Positions 40,808-50,076 are shown, numbered from the stretch's first letter. The stretch is DNA of 64,000 nt from Eubacteriales bacterium (GCA_031548115.1 JAVBRJ010000004.1:8181-72180); one strand, 5' to 3'. Notes: generated by a model from the sequence alone, not told the origin. Numbers and translations are program-made.

Positions 40808-42196
40808 TCAAAGCCCCAGCGCTGTAAGTATCTCTTTTTCTTTCAAAAATTGGATCGTATCGCTGATCATCCGGGGGGACATCTCCAGCACGAAGGGCAT
40901 GGCCGACAGGGCTAATGTGGCCGTATAGCGCTCCTTGTATTCCTCCAGAAAGCTTTCGTTGAGGCAGAAGAAGTCCAGCTGGGGATATATTTCTTCTTTG
41001 AATACGCTCCAGTGGGATTCGTCCATGTCCGCCTGATAATTCAGGGAAAGCATGGGCTTCTCCGTCTGGGGATGCAGGGCTTCCACCACCAGAGACAGGT
41101 GATAGGGCAGCGCCGCCTGGTCCTTGGACCAGCGGAAGCCAAAGCTCTGGGGGGCCATGGGCTTGACAGAGTTCCCGCCCAGGCTGAGGGTCACCTTGCC
41201 CTCGCCCTGGATATCGCCCTCCAAGGGCAGGCCCTGGCCGTCGATGCCCACGGTGATGGCCTCCTGGCCGGACATGGCAAGGCCCAGCTTGGCGGTAAGG
41301 CTTGCGCCGGCCTCACTCGGCTCCCATTTGTACTGGAAGCTCAGGTCGTACCCGCCGCAGTCCGGCAGGTTCAGGGTAAGCTCCGTTACGCCTCCGGCGT
41401 GGCTTTCCTCAAAAACCTGGGTGGTGCCCAGGGTGTAGGTGGTGTTGTCGCCGCTGACGGCAATGACCATGCCCTCCTGCTCCGGGTCCAGCATGTCCAG
41501 GTAGTCCTCCAAGGCCCCCAGCCATTCCAGGGTGCTGTCGGCGGCGTACATCTCCGTCAGCAGAGAGGTAAAGTAGAAATAAGCCCGCTCGTAGTGGGGG
41601 TCGTCACTTGCGATCAGGTCCAGCGTCTCGCACAGCTCGTACAATTTCTCATAGGGCACCACCCGGCTGCCGGTGCCCTGCAAGGCTTCCTTGATGGGGG
41701 TAAAGTAGCTGTCGGCGATATAGTAGGTGGCCTCCGGGTACATGAACAGGGCCATGTACTGGGTAGGCAGCTCCATGTAGTAATAGGGCTTGAGCATGAA
41801 CTCAAAGAAATTGTGCATTTGGAAATGCAGGCTGTCGCCCCGGATGGCGGGGCTTACGAAATAGCGGTAGCTATGGTATCCGTCATAGATAAAGGGTATG
41901 CGGTTCACGTCCTTGAGATACACCCCTGCGTTCACGTAGACCCGGCTTTCCGGGTTCAAAAACTCGGAGGTGTTGGCATAGCCCTTGATGGCGATCTTGC
42001 CCAGGAAATCCTCCCAGTCCTTCAGGCTCTGGGTGGCCTCCGGAAACCCATCGGCATGCAGCTTTAACCGCAGGGTAAAATCCGAGTGGGTCACAGAAGG
42101 CTCCGCCTGTTCGGCTTCCTCCCCCAAGGCGGCAACGGGCAGCAGGCAAAGGCACAGCATCAGGGATAGAACACCCTTCAAGAACCTGTTTTTCAT
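40808..42196 (-). CDS. Secreted protein of unknown function (462 aa)
   Basis: Start ATG 42196 lies behind AAGGAGGAAG. The signal peptide is MKNRFLKGVLSLMLCLCLLPVAALG. I recognise no family. Confidence 0.6.
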   Translation of the reverse strand: MKNRFLKGVLSLMLCLCLLPVAALGEEAEQAEPSVTHSDFTLRLKLHADGFPEATQSLKDWEDFLGKIAIKGYANTSEFLNPESRVYVNAGVYLKDVNRIPFIYDGYHSYRYFVSPAIRGDSLHFQMHNFFEFMLKPYYYMELPTQYMALFMYPEATYYIADSYFTPIKEALQGTGSRVVPYEKLYELCETLDLIASDDPHYERAYFYFTSLLTEMYAADSTLEWLGALEDYLDMLDPEQEGMVIAVSGDNTTYTLGTTQVFEESHAGGVTELTLNLPDCGGYDLSFQYKWEPSEAGASLTAKLGLAMSGQEAITVGIDGQGLPLEGDIQGEGKVTLSLGGNSVKPMAPQSFGFRWSKDQAALPYHLSLVVEALHPQTEKPMLSLNYQADMDESHWSVFKEEIYPQLDFFCLNESFLEEYKERYTATLALSAMPFVLEMSPRMISDTIQFLKEKEILTALGL

Positions 42197-42309
42197 AGCT
42201 TCTTCCTCCTTCACCCCTGCCACCTGAGGGCAGGGCACGCAAGTCATGGCTGGCCCTACCCTGGAGGGCCGGTGGTTTGTTGTTTGCTTCTGTGGGCAAA
42301 GCCTTAGGC

Positions 42310-44133
42310 TTATTGCTTGCTTCTGTGGGCCGCCCGGGCGCGCTGCTCGTGGTTCAGCTCCCGCTTGCGCATCCTGAGGTTTTTGGGGGTGATCTCCAGC
42401 AGCTCATCGTCGTCGATAAACGCCAGGCACTCCTCCAGCGTCAGGGGATGCACGCTGACCAGGCGCATATTATCCTCGCTGGCGGAGGCATTGCGCATGT
42501 TGGTGACGTGCTTTTGCCTGCACACGTTTACCACCAGGTCATCTGGGCGGGCGTTCTGGCCGCAGATCATGCCCTTGTACACAGCGGTTTGGGCGCCGAC
42601 GAACAGGGTGCCCCGCTCCTGGGCGTAGAACAGGCCGTAGCCGGTGGCCTCGCCGTCCTCAAAGCAGACCAGCGCGCCTACGTTGCGGTGGGGAATATCG
42701 CCCTTCACTGGCTCGTAGTTTTCAAAGACCGCGCTCATGACGCCCTCGCCCCGGGTGTCGGTCATAAACTCACTGCGGTAGCCGAACAGGCCGCGAGAAG
42801 GCACCAGGAACTCCAGGCGCACCCGGTCCAGGCCGTGCATGCTTTCCAAAAGGCCCCGACGGCGACCGATCTTCTCGATAACGGCTCCGGCATAGGCCTG
42901 GGGCACGTCCGCCACCATCCGCTCCATAGGCTCGCACTTCACGCCGTCGATCTCCTTATACAGCACCTGGGGCTTTGACACCTGGAACTCATAGCCCTGG
43001 CGGCGCATATTCTCGATGAGGATCGACAGGTGCAGTTCGCCCCGGCCCCGTACCTCAAAGGCATCCGGGGTCTCGGTCTCGTTCACCCGAAGGCTCACGT
43101 CGGTCTGCAGCTCCTTCATCAGCCGCGCCCGCAGGTGACGGCTGGTGACATACTCGCCCTCCCGACCTGCAAAGGGGCTGTTGTTGACGCTAAAGGTCAT
43201 GGAAACGGTGGGCTCGGAAATGCTTACAAAGGGCAGGGCCTCCGGGGCCTCCGGCGCGCATACCGTGTCGCCGATGGACAGGTCCTCGATCCCGGAAATG
43301 GCCACGATGTCGCCCATGCTGGCCTCGGTGCAGGGCAAGCGCCTCAGGCCATCAAAGGTATACAGCGCGGACAGGCGCAGCTGCTGGCTGGTCTCCGCGG
43401 AGTTGTAGTTGGTCTTTACCGCCATCATGCCTTCGATGAGGGTGCCCCGGGTGATACGGCCAATGCCGATGCGGCCCACATACTCGCTGTAGTCGATGGT
43501 GGAAATAAGCGCCTGGGCAGCGCCTTCCATGTCGCCCTCGGGGGCGGGGATGTACTTAATGATGGTGTCAAAGAGGGGCTTCAGGTCCTCCCCCTCCTGA
43601 GCCATATCCAGCGTTGCGGTACCCTTCCGGGCGGAGGCGTACACGATGGGCCTGTCCAAAGCGCTCTCGTCTGCGCCCAGCTCGATGAACAGGTCCAGCA
43701 CCTCGCCGATGACCTCGTCGCAGCGGGCATCCGGCCGGTCGATCTTGTTGATGACCACCAGCACCGGCAGCTTCAGGCTCAGCGCCTTTTTCAGCACAAA
43801 GCGGGTCTGGGGCATCGGGCCTTCAAAGCTGTCCACCAGCAGCAGCACGCCATCCACCATTTTCAGCACCCGCTCCACCTCGCCGCCAAAATCGGCATGG
43901 CCAGGGGTGTCTACGATGTTGATCTTGATGTCGCCATAGTGTACAGCCGTGTTCTTGGCCAAAATGGTGATGCCGCGCTCCCGCTCGATGTCGTTGGAGT
44001 CCATCACCCGCTCGGCCACCTGCTGGTTCTCCCGGAACACGCCGCCCTGCTTGAGCATTTCATCTACCAGGGTGGTCTTGCCGTGGTCAACGTGGGCAAT
44101 AATAGCAATATTTCGGATATCGTTACGAATCAT
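42310..44133 (-). CDS. typA: Translational GTPase TypA/BipA
   Basis: Start is ATG 44133. IRNIAIIAHVDHGKTTLVD, DTPGHADFGGEVER and NKIDR are present. 607 aa. Confidence 0.95.
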   Translation of the reverse strand: MIRNDIRNIAIIAHVDHGKTTLVDEMLKQGGVFRENQQVAERVMDSNDIERERGITILAKNTAVHYGDIKINIVDTPGHADFGGEVERVLKMVDGVLLLVDSFEGPMPQTRFVLKKALSLKLPVLVVINKIDRPDARCDEVIGEVLDLFIELGADESALDRPIVYASARKGTATLDMAQEGEDLKPLFDTIIKYIPAPEGDMEGAAQALISTIDYSEYVGRIGIGRITRGTLIEGMMAVKTNYNSAETSQQLRLSALYTFDGLRRLPCTEASMGDIVAISGIEDLSIGDTVCAPEAPEALPFVSISEPTVSMTFSVNNSPFAGREGEYVTSRHLRARLMKELQTDVSLRVNETETPDAFEVRGRGELHLSILIENMRRQGYEFQVSKPQVLYKEIDGVKCEPMERMVADVPQAYAGAVIEKIGRRRGLLESMHGLDRVRLEFLVPSRGLFGYRSEFMTDTRGEGVMSAVFENYEPVKGDIPHRNVGALVCFEDGEATGYGLFYAQERGTLFVGAQTAVYKGMICGQNARPDDLVVNVCRQKHVTNMRNASASEDNMRLVSVHPLTLEECLAFIDDDELLEITPKNLRMRKRELNHEQRARAAHRSKQ

Positions 44134-44157
44134 ATCTTTTCTTCTGTCCTTTCTACC

Positions 44158-44344
44158 GCAAGGGGTTTCACCCCTTGCATCCCGACCAAAGGGACAAGTC
44201 CCTTTGGAATCCCATGGTTGCCTGCGTTGCACGCAGGCAAGTCTCATTATCTGCTAAAGCTATTTCCCCTTGACCGCGTGTAACGCGGTCATAATGGGTC
44301 AAGGGCAAAGCCCTGGGCAGGGTCTTAGGGGCAGCAGCCCCTAA
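44158..44344. repeat. Cluster of independent GC-rich stem-loops in the prfC-typA spacer
   Basis: H1 is 44158-44178 (GCAAGGGG/CCCCTTGC). H2 is 44186-44207 (CCAAAGGGAC/GTCCCTTTGG). H3 is 44218-44240 (TTGCCTGCGT/ACGCAGGCAA). H4 is 44266-44304, with nested alternative pairings CCCTTGACC/GGTCAAGGG and GACCGCG/CGCGGTC. H5 is 44325-44344 (TTAGGGGC/GCCCCTAA). Confidence 0.55.
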
Positions 44345-44365
44345 CGTCCCCTCGTCGCCCCGTAC

Positions 44366-45988
44366 CTATTCGTACACCTGCCGGGTGGCGGTCTCCGCCA
44401 GCTCAAGGCCCTCGTTGTTTTCCTGGGCCAGGCGGATGGACCATTCGTTTTCAAAGAGGAGCACCTGGCGCTCCTCGCTGTCGAAGGCCTTGCCACTGGT
44501 GGAGGTGAGCTTCAGCTTGTCTATGGGAATGGGGCTCTTGGTCACCCAGCGCACGTAGCGGAAGGGCATCCGGTCCATAAGCATGGTCACGCCATACTCG
44601 GTCTTGAGGCGGTGCTCCAGCACCTCGAACTGCAGCACACCCACTACGCCCACCAGGAATTCCTCCCGCCCGGTCTCGGTGCGGCGGAAGGTCTGGATAG
44701 CGCCCTCCTCCGCCAGCTGAAAAATACCCTTGAGAAACTGCTTGCGCTTCATGCTGTCCTCGGGGCGGACCCGGGCAAAATGCTCCGGGGCAAAAACGGG
44801 GATGGAGCTGAAATGCAGCTTAGGTCCAGTGGACAGGGCATCCCCCAGGTGGAAGCAGCCGGGGTCAAAAAGGCCGATGATGTCCCCGGCGTAGGCGGTC
44901 TCCACGCTTTCCCGCTCGTCCGCCATGAACTGCTGAGGCTGCTTGAGCTGCATCGACTTGTCCGTGCCGGAGTGGTATACGGTCATGCCCTTTTGAAACT
45001 CGCCGCTTACAATGCGCACAAAGGCCAAGCGATCCCGGTGGGCCGGGTTCATATTCGCCTGAATTTTGAAAATAAAGCCGCTGAAATAATCCTCCGTCGG
45101 GGTCACCAGGCCCACATCGCTCATGCGGGGCAGGGGCGGGGGCGTGATGGAAAGGAAGGCCTCCAGGAAGGGCTCCACGCCGAAATTGGTAACGGCGGAG
45201 CCGAAGAACAGGGGGGTCAGGTTGCCGGAAAGCACGGCCTCCTGGTCAAAGGCGTCCCCTGCCACATCCAAAAGCTCGATCTCGTCCCGCAGGCGGGTCC
45301 TATAATGGGCGGCCAGCACCTTTTCGGCCTCGGGGCTATTAAGGGGCACGGACATTTCCTCGGCCATGCTCATGCCGTGGTTGCCGCCGCTGTAGAGCAG
45401 CACGCTGCCGGTGTTCCGCTGGTACACGCCCTGAAAATCGCCATCCACGCCTATGGGCCAATTCATGGGGCAGGCCCGGATGCCCAGCACGTTCTCCAGC
45501 TCCTCCATGAGGGCGAAGGGGTCCTTGCTGGCCCGGTCCATCTTATTAACGAATGTGAAAATAGGAATATTGCGCAGGCGGCAGACCTTGAATAGCTTTA
45601 GGGTCTGCTCCTCAACGCCCTTGGCCGCGTCGATGAGCATCACCGCCGCGTCCGCCGCCACAAGGACCCGGTAGGTGTCCTCGCTAAAATCCTGATGCCC
45701 GGGGGTGTCCAGGATATTGATGCGGAAGCCGTCAAATTCAAACTGCATGGCGCTGGAGGTAACGCTGATGCCGCGCTGCTTTTCGATCTCCATCCAGTCG
45801 CTGGTGGCGTGGCGCTCGGCCTTGCGGGCCTTGACGCTGCCGGCCTGCCGGATGGCTCCGCCGTACAAAAGCAGCTTCTCCGTCAGGGTGGTCTTGCCGG
45901 CATCAGGGTGGCTGATGATGGCAAAGGTTCTTCGGCGCTGGATCTCGCCGTATATCTCGGGGGTGGTCTGGCTCTGGGTCTCAGTCAT
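44366..45988 (-). CDS. prfC: Peptide chain release factor 3
   Basis: RRRTFAIISHPDAGKTTLTEKLLLYGGAI, DTPGHQDFSEDTYR and NKMDR are present. The start is ATG 45988, or possibly 46015. Confidence 0.95.
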   Translation of the reverse strand: MTETQSQTTPEIYGEIQRRRTFAIISHPDAGKTTLTEKLLLYGGAIRQAGSVKARKAERHATSDWMEIEKQRGISVTSSAMQFEFDGFRINILDTPGHQDFSEDTYRVLVAADAAVMLIDAAKGVEEQTLKLFKVCRLRNIPIFTFVNKMDRASKDPFALMEELENVLGIRACPMNWPIGVDGDFQGVYQRNTGSVLLYSGGNHGMSMAEEMSVPLNSPEAEKVLAAHYRTRLRDEIELLDVAGDAFDQEAVLSGNLTPLFFGSAVTNFGVEPFLEAFLSITPPPLPRMSDVGLVTPTEDYFSGFIFKIQANMNPAHRDRLAFVRIVSGEFQKGMTVYHSGTDKSMQLKQPQQFMADERESVETAYAGDIIGLFDPGCFHLGDALSTGPKLHFSSIPVFAPEHFARVRPEDSMKRKQFLKGIFQLAEEGAIQTFRRTETGREEFLVGVVGVLQFEVLEHRLKTEYGVTMLMDRMPFRYVRWVTKSPIPIDKLKLTSTSGKAFDSEERQVLLFENEWSIRLAQENNEGLELAETATRQVYE

Positions 45989-46045
45989 TGAGGTACGTTC
46001 CTCCGCTTCCTGCATTGATCCTTAAAAAGTATCTACAAACAAATT

Positions 46046-46075
46046 ATTGTACAATGGAAAAGCAAAGGATGTCAA
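46046..46075 (-). promoter_or_regulatory. Promoter candidate of prfC
   Basis: On the minus strand: TTGACA (46070-46075), 18-nt spacer, TACAAT (46046-46051). Confidence 0.45.
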
Positions 46076-46141
46076 GCATTTGGCAATAAAGGGTCCATTG
46101 GGACAGCCCGCAAACGGGCCGCCGAGGATAGCAGGCGGCAG

Positions 46142-46173
46142 CAAAAAGCAGGGCGAGGTGATCCCCGCCCTGC
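46142..46173 (-). terminator. Rho-independent terminator after the ABC-2 exporter genes
   Basis: GCAGGGCG (46147-46154) pairs with CGCCCTGC (46166-46173), then T5 on the minus strand. Confidence 0.65.
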
Positions 46174-46191
46174 TTATCCGCCTTGCGCGGC

Positions 46192-46950
46192 TTACTTCCC
46201 GGCTTTGTCGATGGCTTCCTCGTATGCGTCCAGCACTTCGTTGGCTTCGCCATCCATGCGGATCTTTCCGCCATCCAGCCAGATTACGCGTTCGCAAAGC
46301 TCTCTGAGCGTATTGGTCGTATGCGAAACGATCAATACCGTTTTGTCCTTGCTTACGATGAGCGACTGCATCTTCTCCGCGCTTTTTTTCTTAAACCTGC
46401 GGTCCCCCACGCTAAGCGTTTCGTCCACCAGCATAATATCGGTCTCCATAATAGCGGTAATGGAGAAAGCAAGCTTTGAATGCATGCCGCTGGAATAGCT
46501 GCGGACCGGCTCGTCGATAAACTCCTCCAGCTCTGAAAAATCAATGATCTCGTTCATTTTCTCTTCTATCTGCTGCTTGGTAAAGCCCATGAGCATACCG
46601 GACAGGTACACATTATCCCGGCCGGAGAGATCGTTCACAAAGCCTACGCCGATAGCCATCAGGCCCACGGAGTTCCCGTGTACATCAATGGAGCCGGTAT
46701 CGGGGGAGTAAATATTGGCAATCGCGCGGAGCAGCGTGCTTTTACCGCTGCCGTTTTTACCGATCATCCCGACGATCTCGCCACGGTCGATCTCAAAGCT
46801 GACGCCTTTGACGGCTTTGAAATATTTGCCTTTCCTCTTGCCCTTGCTCTTTTTCCTAAAAATGTCCAGCAGCGCAATGGGTCTGACCACGCGGTATGCA
46901 ATGGTGACATCTTGAACAGAAAGCGAAATTTCTCTCGTATCTTTGGTCAT
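46192..46950 (-). CDS. Polysaccharide/teichoic-acid export ABC transporter ATP-binding protein (TagH/Wzt-like)
   Basis: Walker A is GKNGSGKSTL, the signature is YSSGMHSKLAF and Walker B is IMLVDE. The family-typical FKAVKGVSFEIDRGE is present. Confidence 0.9.
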   Translation of the reverse strand: MTKDTREISLSVQDVTIAYRVVRPIALLDIFRKKSKGKRKGKYFKAVKGVSFEIDRGEIVGMIGKNGSGKSTLLRAIANIYSPDTGSIDVHGNSVGLMAIGVGFVNDLSGRDNVYLSGMLMGFTKQQIEEKMNEIIDFSELEEFIDEPVRSYSSGMHSKLAFSITAIMETDIMLVDETLSVGDRRFKKKSAEKMQSLIVSKDKTVLIVSHTTNTLRELCERVIWLDGGKIRMDGEANEVLDAYEEAIDKAGK

Positions 46951-46954
46951 AACA

Positions 46955-47737
46955 TCAAATCGCCTTTACATAGTTTTGTTCGTACCTGTGTATCAGGGAT
47001 ACGCCAAGCGCGGATATAGCAATGCCCACCACGAGCCAGATGCCCAGCAGTGGGAGGTTAGGCGCTGTTTTATATAAAAATACATTCCGCATCTCGTTCA
47101 TAAACATAGCTACAGGGTTTAAGGTCAAAAGCAGCGTGGAATAAGGCTTAGGAACGCGCTTGGTCACATTGAAAAACACGCCGGACAAATAGAAAACCAA
47201 CCGCAAAAACACACTGACGATATTGCTGAAATCCCGGGCATATACACCGATGTGCAAAACCACACAGCACAGGCCAAAGGTGACCACCAGCAGGTCCGCC
47301 ATGATCACCGGCAGCCAAAGGATATACCATGAAAACTCTACCTTGTCGATGATGGCGACGATAAGGCCTAGGCCCAGGGTGATCAGAAACTGGATCATGT
47401 TCTCAAACAGGGTAGAAAACAGCAGGATGTACTTGGGCAGATAAATGCGGGACAGCACGCTTTTATTGCTGCGTACCAGCTTTACGCTTTGATTCACCGA
47501 ACGGTTGAAAAAGTTCCACGCACCAAGGCCTACAAAAACGAACGGTACAAAGTGCGGCTCACTTCTGCCAAAAACCACAAGGGAAATAAAGCTGTATACC
47601 ATCATGAAAAGGAAGGGGTCCAGTATCCACCACAGCCAGTTAAAGTACGAGCCGCTGACATCCGCCCGCAATGATGCAACGGCCGAATAGGCTGCATATC
47701 CTTTATATCTTCGTAAATTTTCGAGAAATTGCTTCAT
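46955..47737 (-). CDS. ABC-2 type exporter permease (TagG/Wzm-like)
   Basis: Start ATG 47737 is preferred because the predicted TSS is near 47808. YFNWLWWILDPFLFMMVY is typical of ABC-2 permeases. 6 TM segments. Confidence 0.85.
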   Translation of the reverse strand: MKQFLENLRRYKGYAAYSAVASLRADVSGSYFNWLWWILDPFLFMMVYSFISLVVFGRSEPHFVPFVFVGLGAWNFFNRSVNQSVKLVRSNKSVLSRIYLPKYILLFSTLFENMIQFLITLGLGLIVAIIDKVEFSWYILWLPVIMADLLVVTFGLCCVVLHIGVYARDFSNIVSVFLRLVFYLSGVFFNVTKRVPKPYSTLLLTLNPVAMFMNEMRNVFLYKTAPNLPLLGIWLVVGIAISALGVSLIHRYEQNYVKAI

Positions 47738-47814
47738 AATATAAAACGCGACTCCTACTCTTTTGCAATGATAGCCTATGCTTATCAGGCATTTGCCATA
47801 CAATCAAGGCCTGT

Positions 47815-47844
47815 AGTATAGCATCCGCCATCCAGCATTGTCAA
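47815..47844 (-). promoter_or_regulatory. Promoter of the ABC-2 exporter genes
   Basis: On the minus strand: TTGACA (47839-47844), 18-nt spacer, TATACT (47815-47820). Confidence 0.55.
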
Positions 47845-47990
47845 GTTCAACAGGGCTGTCCGCCACCCATAAAATACACATACGATACACCCCGGCGCAA
47901 GCAGGCTGTTGCCGCAGCTTGCGCCGGTAAAGGGCTGAGTCCATAAGAGGCTGAGTCCGTAAAAGGCCGAGACCGTAAGAGGCCGGGGCC

Positions 47991-48032
47991 AAAAAAGGCT
48001 CCGGCCTGGTTTGTCCGGGCCGGAGCTTTTTT
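47991..48032 (-). terminator. Rho-independent terminator after the ECF-SIMPL operon
   Basis: GCTCCGGCC (47998-48006) pairs with GGCCGGAGC (48018-48026). T6 runs lie on both strands. Confidence 0.7.
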
Positions 48033-48050
48033 GAGGTGTGATATAGGCAG

Positions 48051-48752
48051 TTATTTCAGATAGTAAACGCTTTGCACCGTAGCCTCCACGGTAAGGGTAC
48101 CTGCCATGATGGGCGTGCCCCCGGTGGCCCCATCCATCATCTTGGCGGACATGACATATTCGCCCCGATATCCGCCGGTTTGCTCGGTCACAGCTTTCAG
48201 GCCGCGAAGTTCCTTGCCAGTGGCTGCTGCCATCAGCTCCGCCTTGCGGGCGGCCTCTTGAACAGCCATTTGCAGGGCCTGGTCATAGGCCTCTGCCCGA
48301 CGAGTGCTTTCAAAGGTCAGCCCGTAGCTTTGGTTGGCCCCGGCGGCCATGGCCCCGTCCAGCACCCTTGATACATCATCCAAAACGCGCACTGTGACAG
48401 ACAGGCTGTTGTCCACCCGGTAGCCTGTCACCTGCTCGCTGCTTCCCATGGAGCTATAATCATATATGGGATTAATGCTGAAATAGCTGGTTTGGATATC
48501 CTCATCCTTGATCCCCATGGCCTTCAGCGCTTCCAGCAGCTTGGTCATCTGAGCGGCGCTCTGGCTTTGGGCCTCGCTTACGGTGCTGGCCTGGGCACTG
48601 ACCCCCAGGTTTAACGTGGCATAGTCGGGGATCAGCGTCACCACGCCTGTGCCGGAAACTGTCAGCACCGAATCCTCCTCGTCCGCCAGAGCGGCAGGCA
48701 GCGTAACCAGCAGCGCCATGATCAAAAGCAGCGCACATAGGGTCTTTTTCAT
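48051..48752 (-). CDS. SIMPL (DUF541) domain secreted protein
   Basis: After a signal peptide come LTVSGTGVVTLIPDYATLNLGVSAQ...TVSEAQ and GYRVDNSLSVTV, which are typical of the family. Confidence 0.88.
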   Translation of the reverse strand: MKKTLCALLLIMALLVTLPAALADEEDSVLTVSGTGVVTLIPDYATLNLGVSAQASTVSEAQSQSAAQMTKLLEALKAMGIKDEDIQTSYFSINPIYDYSSMGSSEQVTGYRVDNSLSVTVRVLDDVSRVLDGAMAAGANQSYGLTFESTRRAEAYDQALQMAVQEAARKAELMAAATGKELRGLKAVTEQTGGYRGEYVMSAKMMDGATGGTPIMAGTLTVEATVQSVYYLK

Positions 48753-49313
48753 TTAGTTTCCTCCTCTTTGTCCTGTAGCATCTTTCTTGTCTGGCCGTGC
48801 TTTCCGTTTCTTTCGTCCCCAAAGCACGGTCCACGCCCCAAGGCCCACCCCGGCGGCCACGCACAGCGTGGGGATCAGCCAGCCAGTCTCTGGCTCGGCA
48901 GGCACCTCCGCCTCCGCGCTATAGCCCATGCTGGCTTCGGCTTCCGCCCCTGCGGGTTCCTCATAGGCGGCATCATAGGCACTATAGGCAGCCATTCTCC
49001 GGGTCTGCATCGGCTCCGGCTCCTGCGTTCTGGAGCGTATCGCCGGGCTGAATAAAACCGTGCCCACCATTAGCACCACAGCGGCCACGGCAGGCATAGC
49101 CCGCCGCCATAGCAGGGCACTTCCTCTGGGCCTGTCCTTTTGAGCCTTAAAAGCGGCCTTCTGCCTTACAGCACCGCGCCACCGGGTCTCAAAGCCTTCG
49201 CCGGGGGCCTGTTGATACGCGGAGGCCAGCGCTTTGTCCAGGGTATCGCGGATATCCTGCCCATTCAAGGTATTCCGGCCTGCTGGGGTCTTCGGCTGGT
49301 TTAAATCCTTCAT
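48753..49313 (-). CDS. Membrane protein, putative anti-sigma factor
   Basis: It lies immediately downstream of the ECF sigma gene. It has two hydrophobic segments (AVAAVVLMVGTVLF, LIPTLCVAAGVGLGAWTVLW). Its stop abuts the SIMPL start. I recognise no zf-HC2 motif. Confidence 0.5.
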   Translation of the reverse strand: MKDLNQPKTPAGRNTLNGQDIRDTLDKALASAYQQAPGEGFETRWRGAVRQKAAFKAQKDRPRGSALLWRRAMPAVAAVVLMVGTVLFSPAIRSRTQEPEPMQTRRMAAYSAYDAAYEEPAGAEAEASMGYSAEAEVPAEPETGWLIPTLCVAAGVGLGAWTVLWGRKKRKARPDKKDATGQRGGN

Positions 49314-49380
49314 GGCTGACCTCCTTTCCCTAGATTAGACGAGCGTTCTTTCGATTTGTTCCCTGTTTTGGCCATAAGTT

Positions 49381-49947
49381 TTATGGGGTTCCAGCGTCCT
49401 GCTGCTCCAAAAGCCTTCTCAGCCGTTCCTTGGCCCGGTTCAGCTTGCTTTTCACCGTGCCCTCCCGAAGGCCCAGGGCCTTGGCCATTTCCTCGTAGCT
49501 CATGTCCTGGCCATAGCGAAGGGTAAGGATAGCCTGCTGATCCTTGGGCAGCTTTTTGACAGCCTCCCATAGACGGCGGCCACTTTCCCGCCGCACGTAA
49601 GCCTCCTCCGGCCCTTCTTCCCGGCTGGGCGGCTCAAAGCCATCTTCCCTCAACTGCTCCATGGAGGCGGCCTCGCTGCGCCGGGCTGGACGTTTTAAGA
49701 TATCTAGGCAGGTGTTATGGGCAATGCGGAACAGCCATGTGGCCGTGCCGCTTTGCCCCATAAAGCGCGGCATAGCACGAAAGGCCCGCAGCATAGCCTC
49801 CTGGGCCGCGTCCTCCGCGTCGGCGGGGTGGCCCAGCATTTGCAGGCAGTGCCTGTACACCATCGGCGCATAAGGCCCGCAAAGAGCCTCAAAGGCCTCC
49901 ACCTCACCCCGGCGCGCCCGGCTCAGCAGTTGGCTTTGTTCTTCCAT
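49381..49947 (-). CDS. ECF-type RNA polymerase sigma-70 family factor
   Basis: Region 2 is YRHCLQMLGHPADAEDAAQEAMLRAF...WLFRIAHNTCLDILK. Region 4 is ILTLRYGQDMSYEEMAKALGLREGTVKSKLNRAKERLR. Confidence 0.9.
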   Translation of the reverse strand: MEEQSQLLSRARRGEVEAFEALCGPYAPMVYRHCLQMLGHPADAEDAAQEAMLRAFRAMPRFMGQSGTATWLFRIAHNTCLDILKRPARRSEAASMEQLREDGFEPPSREEGPEEAYVRRESGRRLWEAVKKLPKDQQAILTLRYGQDMSYEEMAKALGLREGTVKSKLNRAKERLRRLLEQQDAGTP

Positions 49948-50076
49948 GGGCCTCCCCCCTCTCCGTGCGGCATCATTTCGTCTGAAAACTTGCCCCTCTA
50001 TCCCTCAAAACAAAAAAAGAACGATTTACAAAGGCCGATGTTTCCCAGCAAATACCCTTTTCGCCCCAATGTACGC

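Noticed and set aside
44134-44365. Possibility that the hairpin cluster is a tRNA or tmRNA-like gene.
   Set aside because: There is no cloverleaf arrangement, no GGTTCGAATCC-type T-arm and no acceptor-stem pairing between the ends. The hairpins are independent and of similar size.
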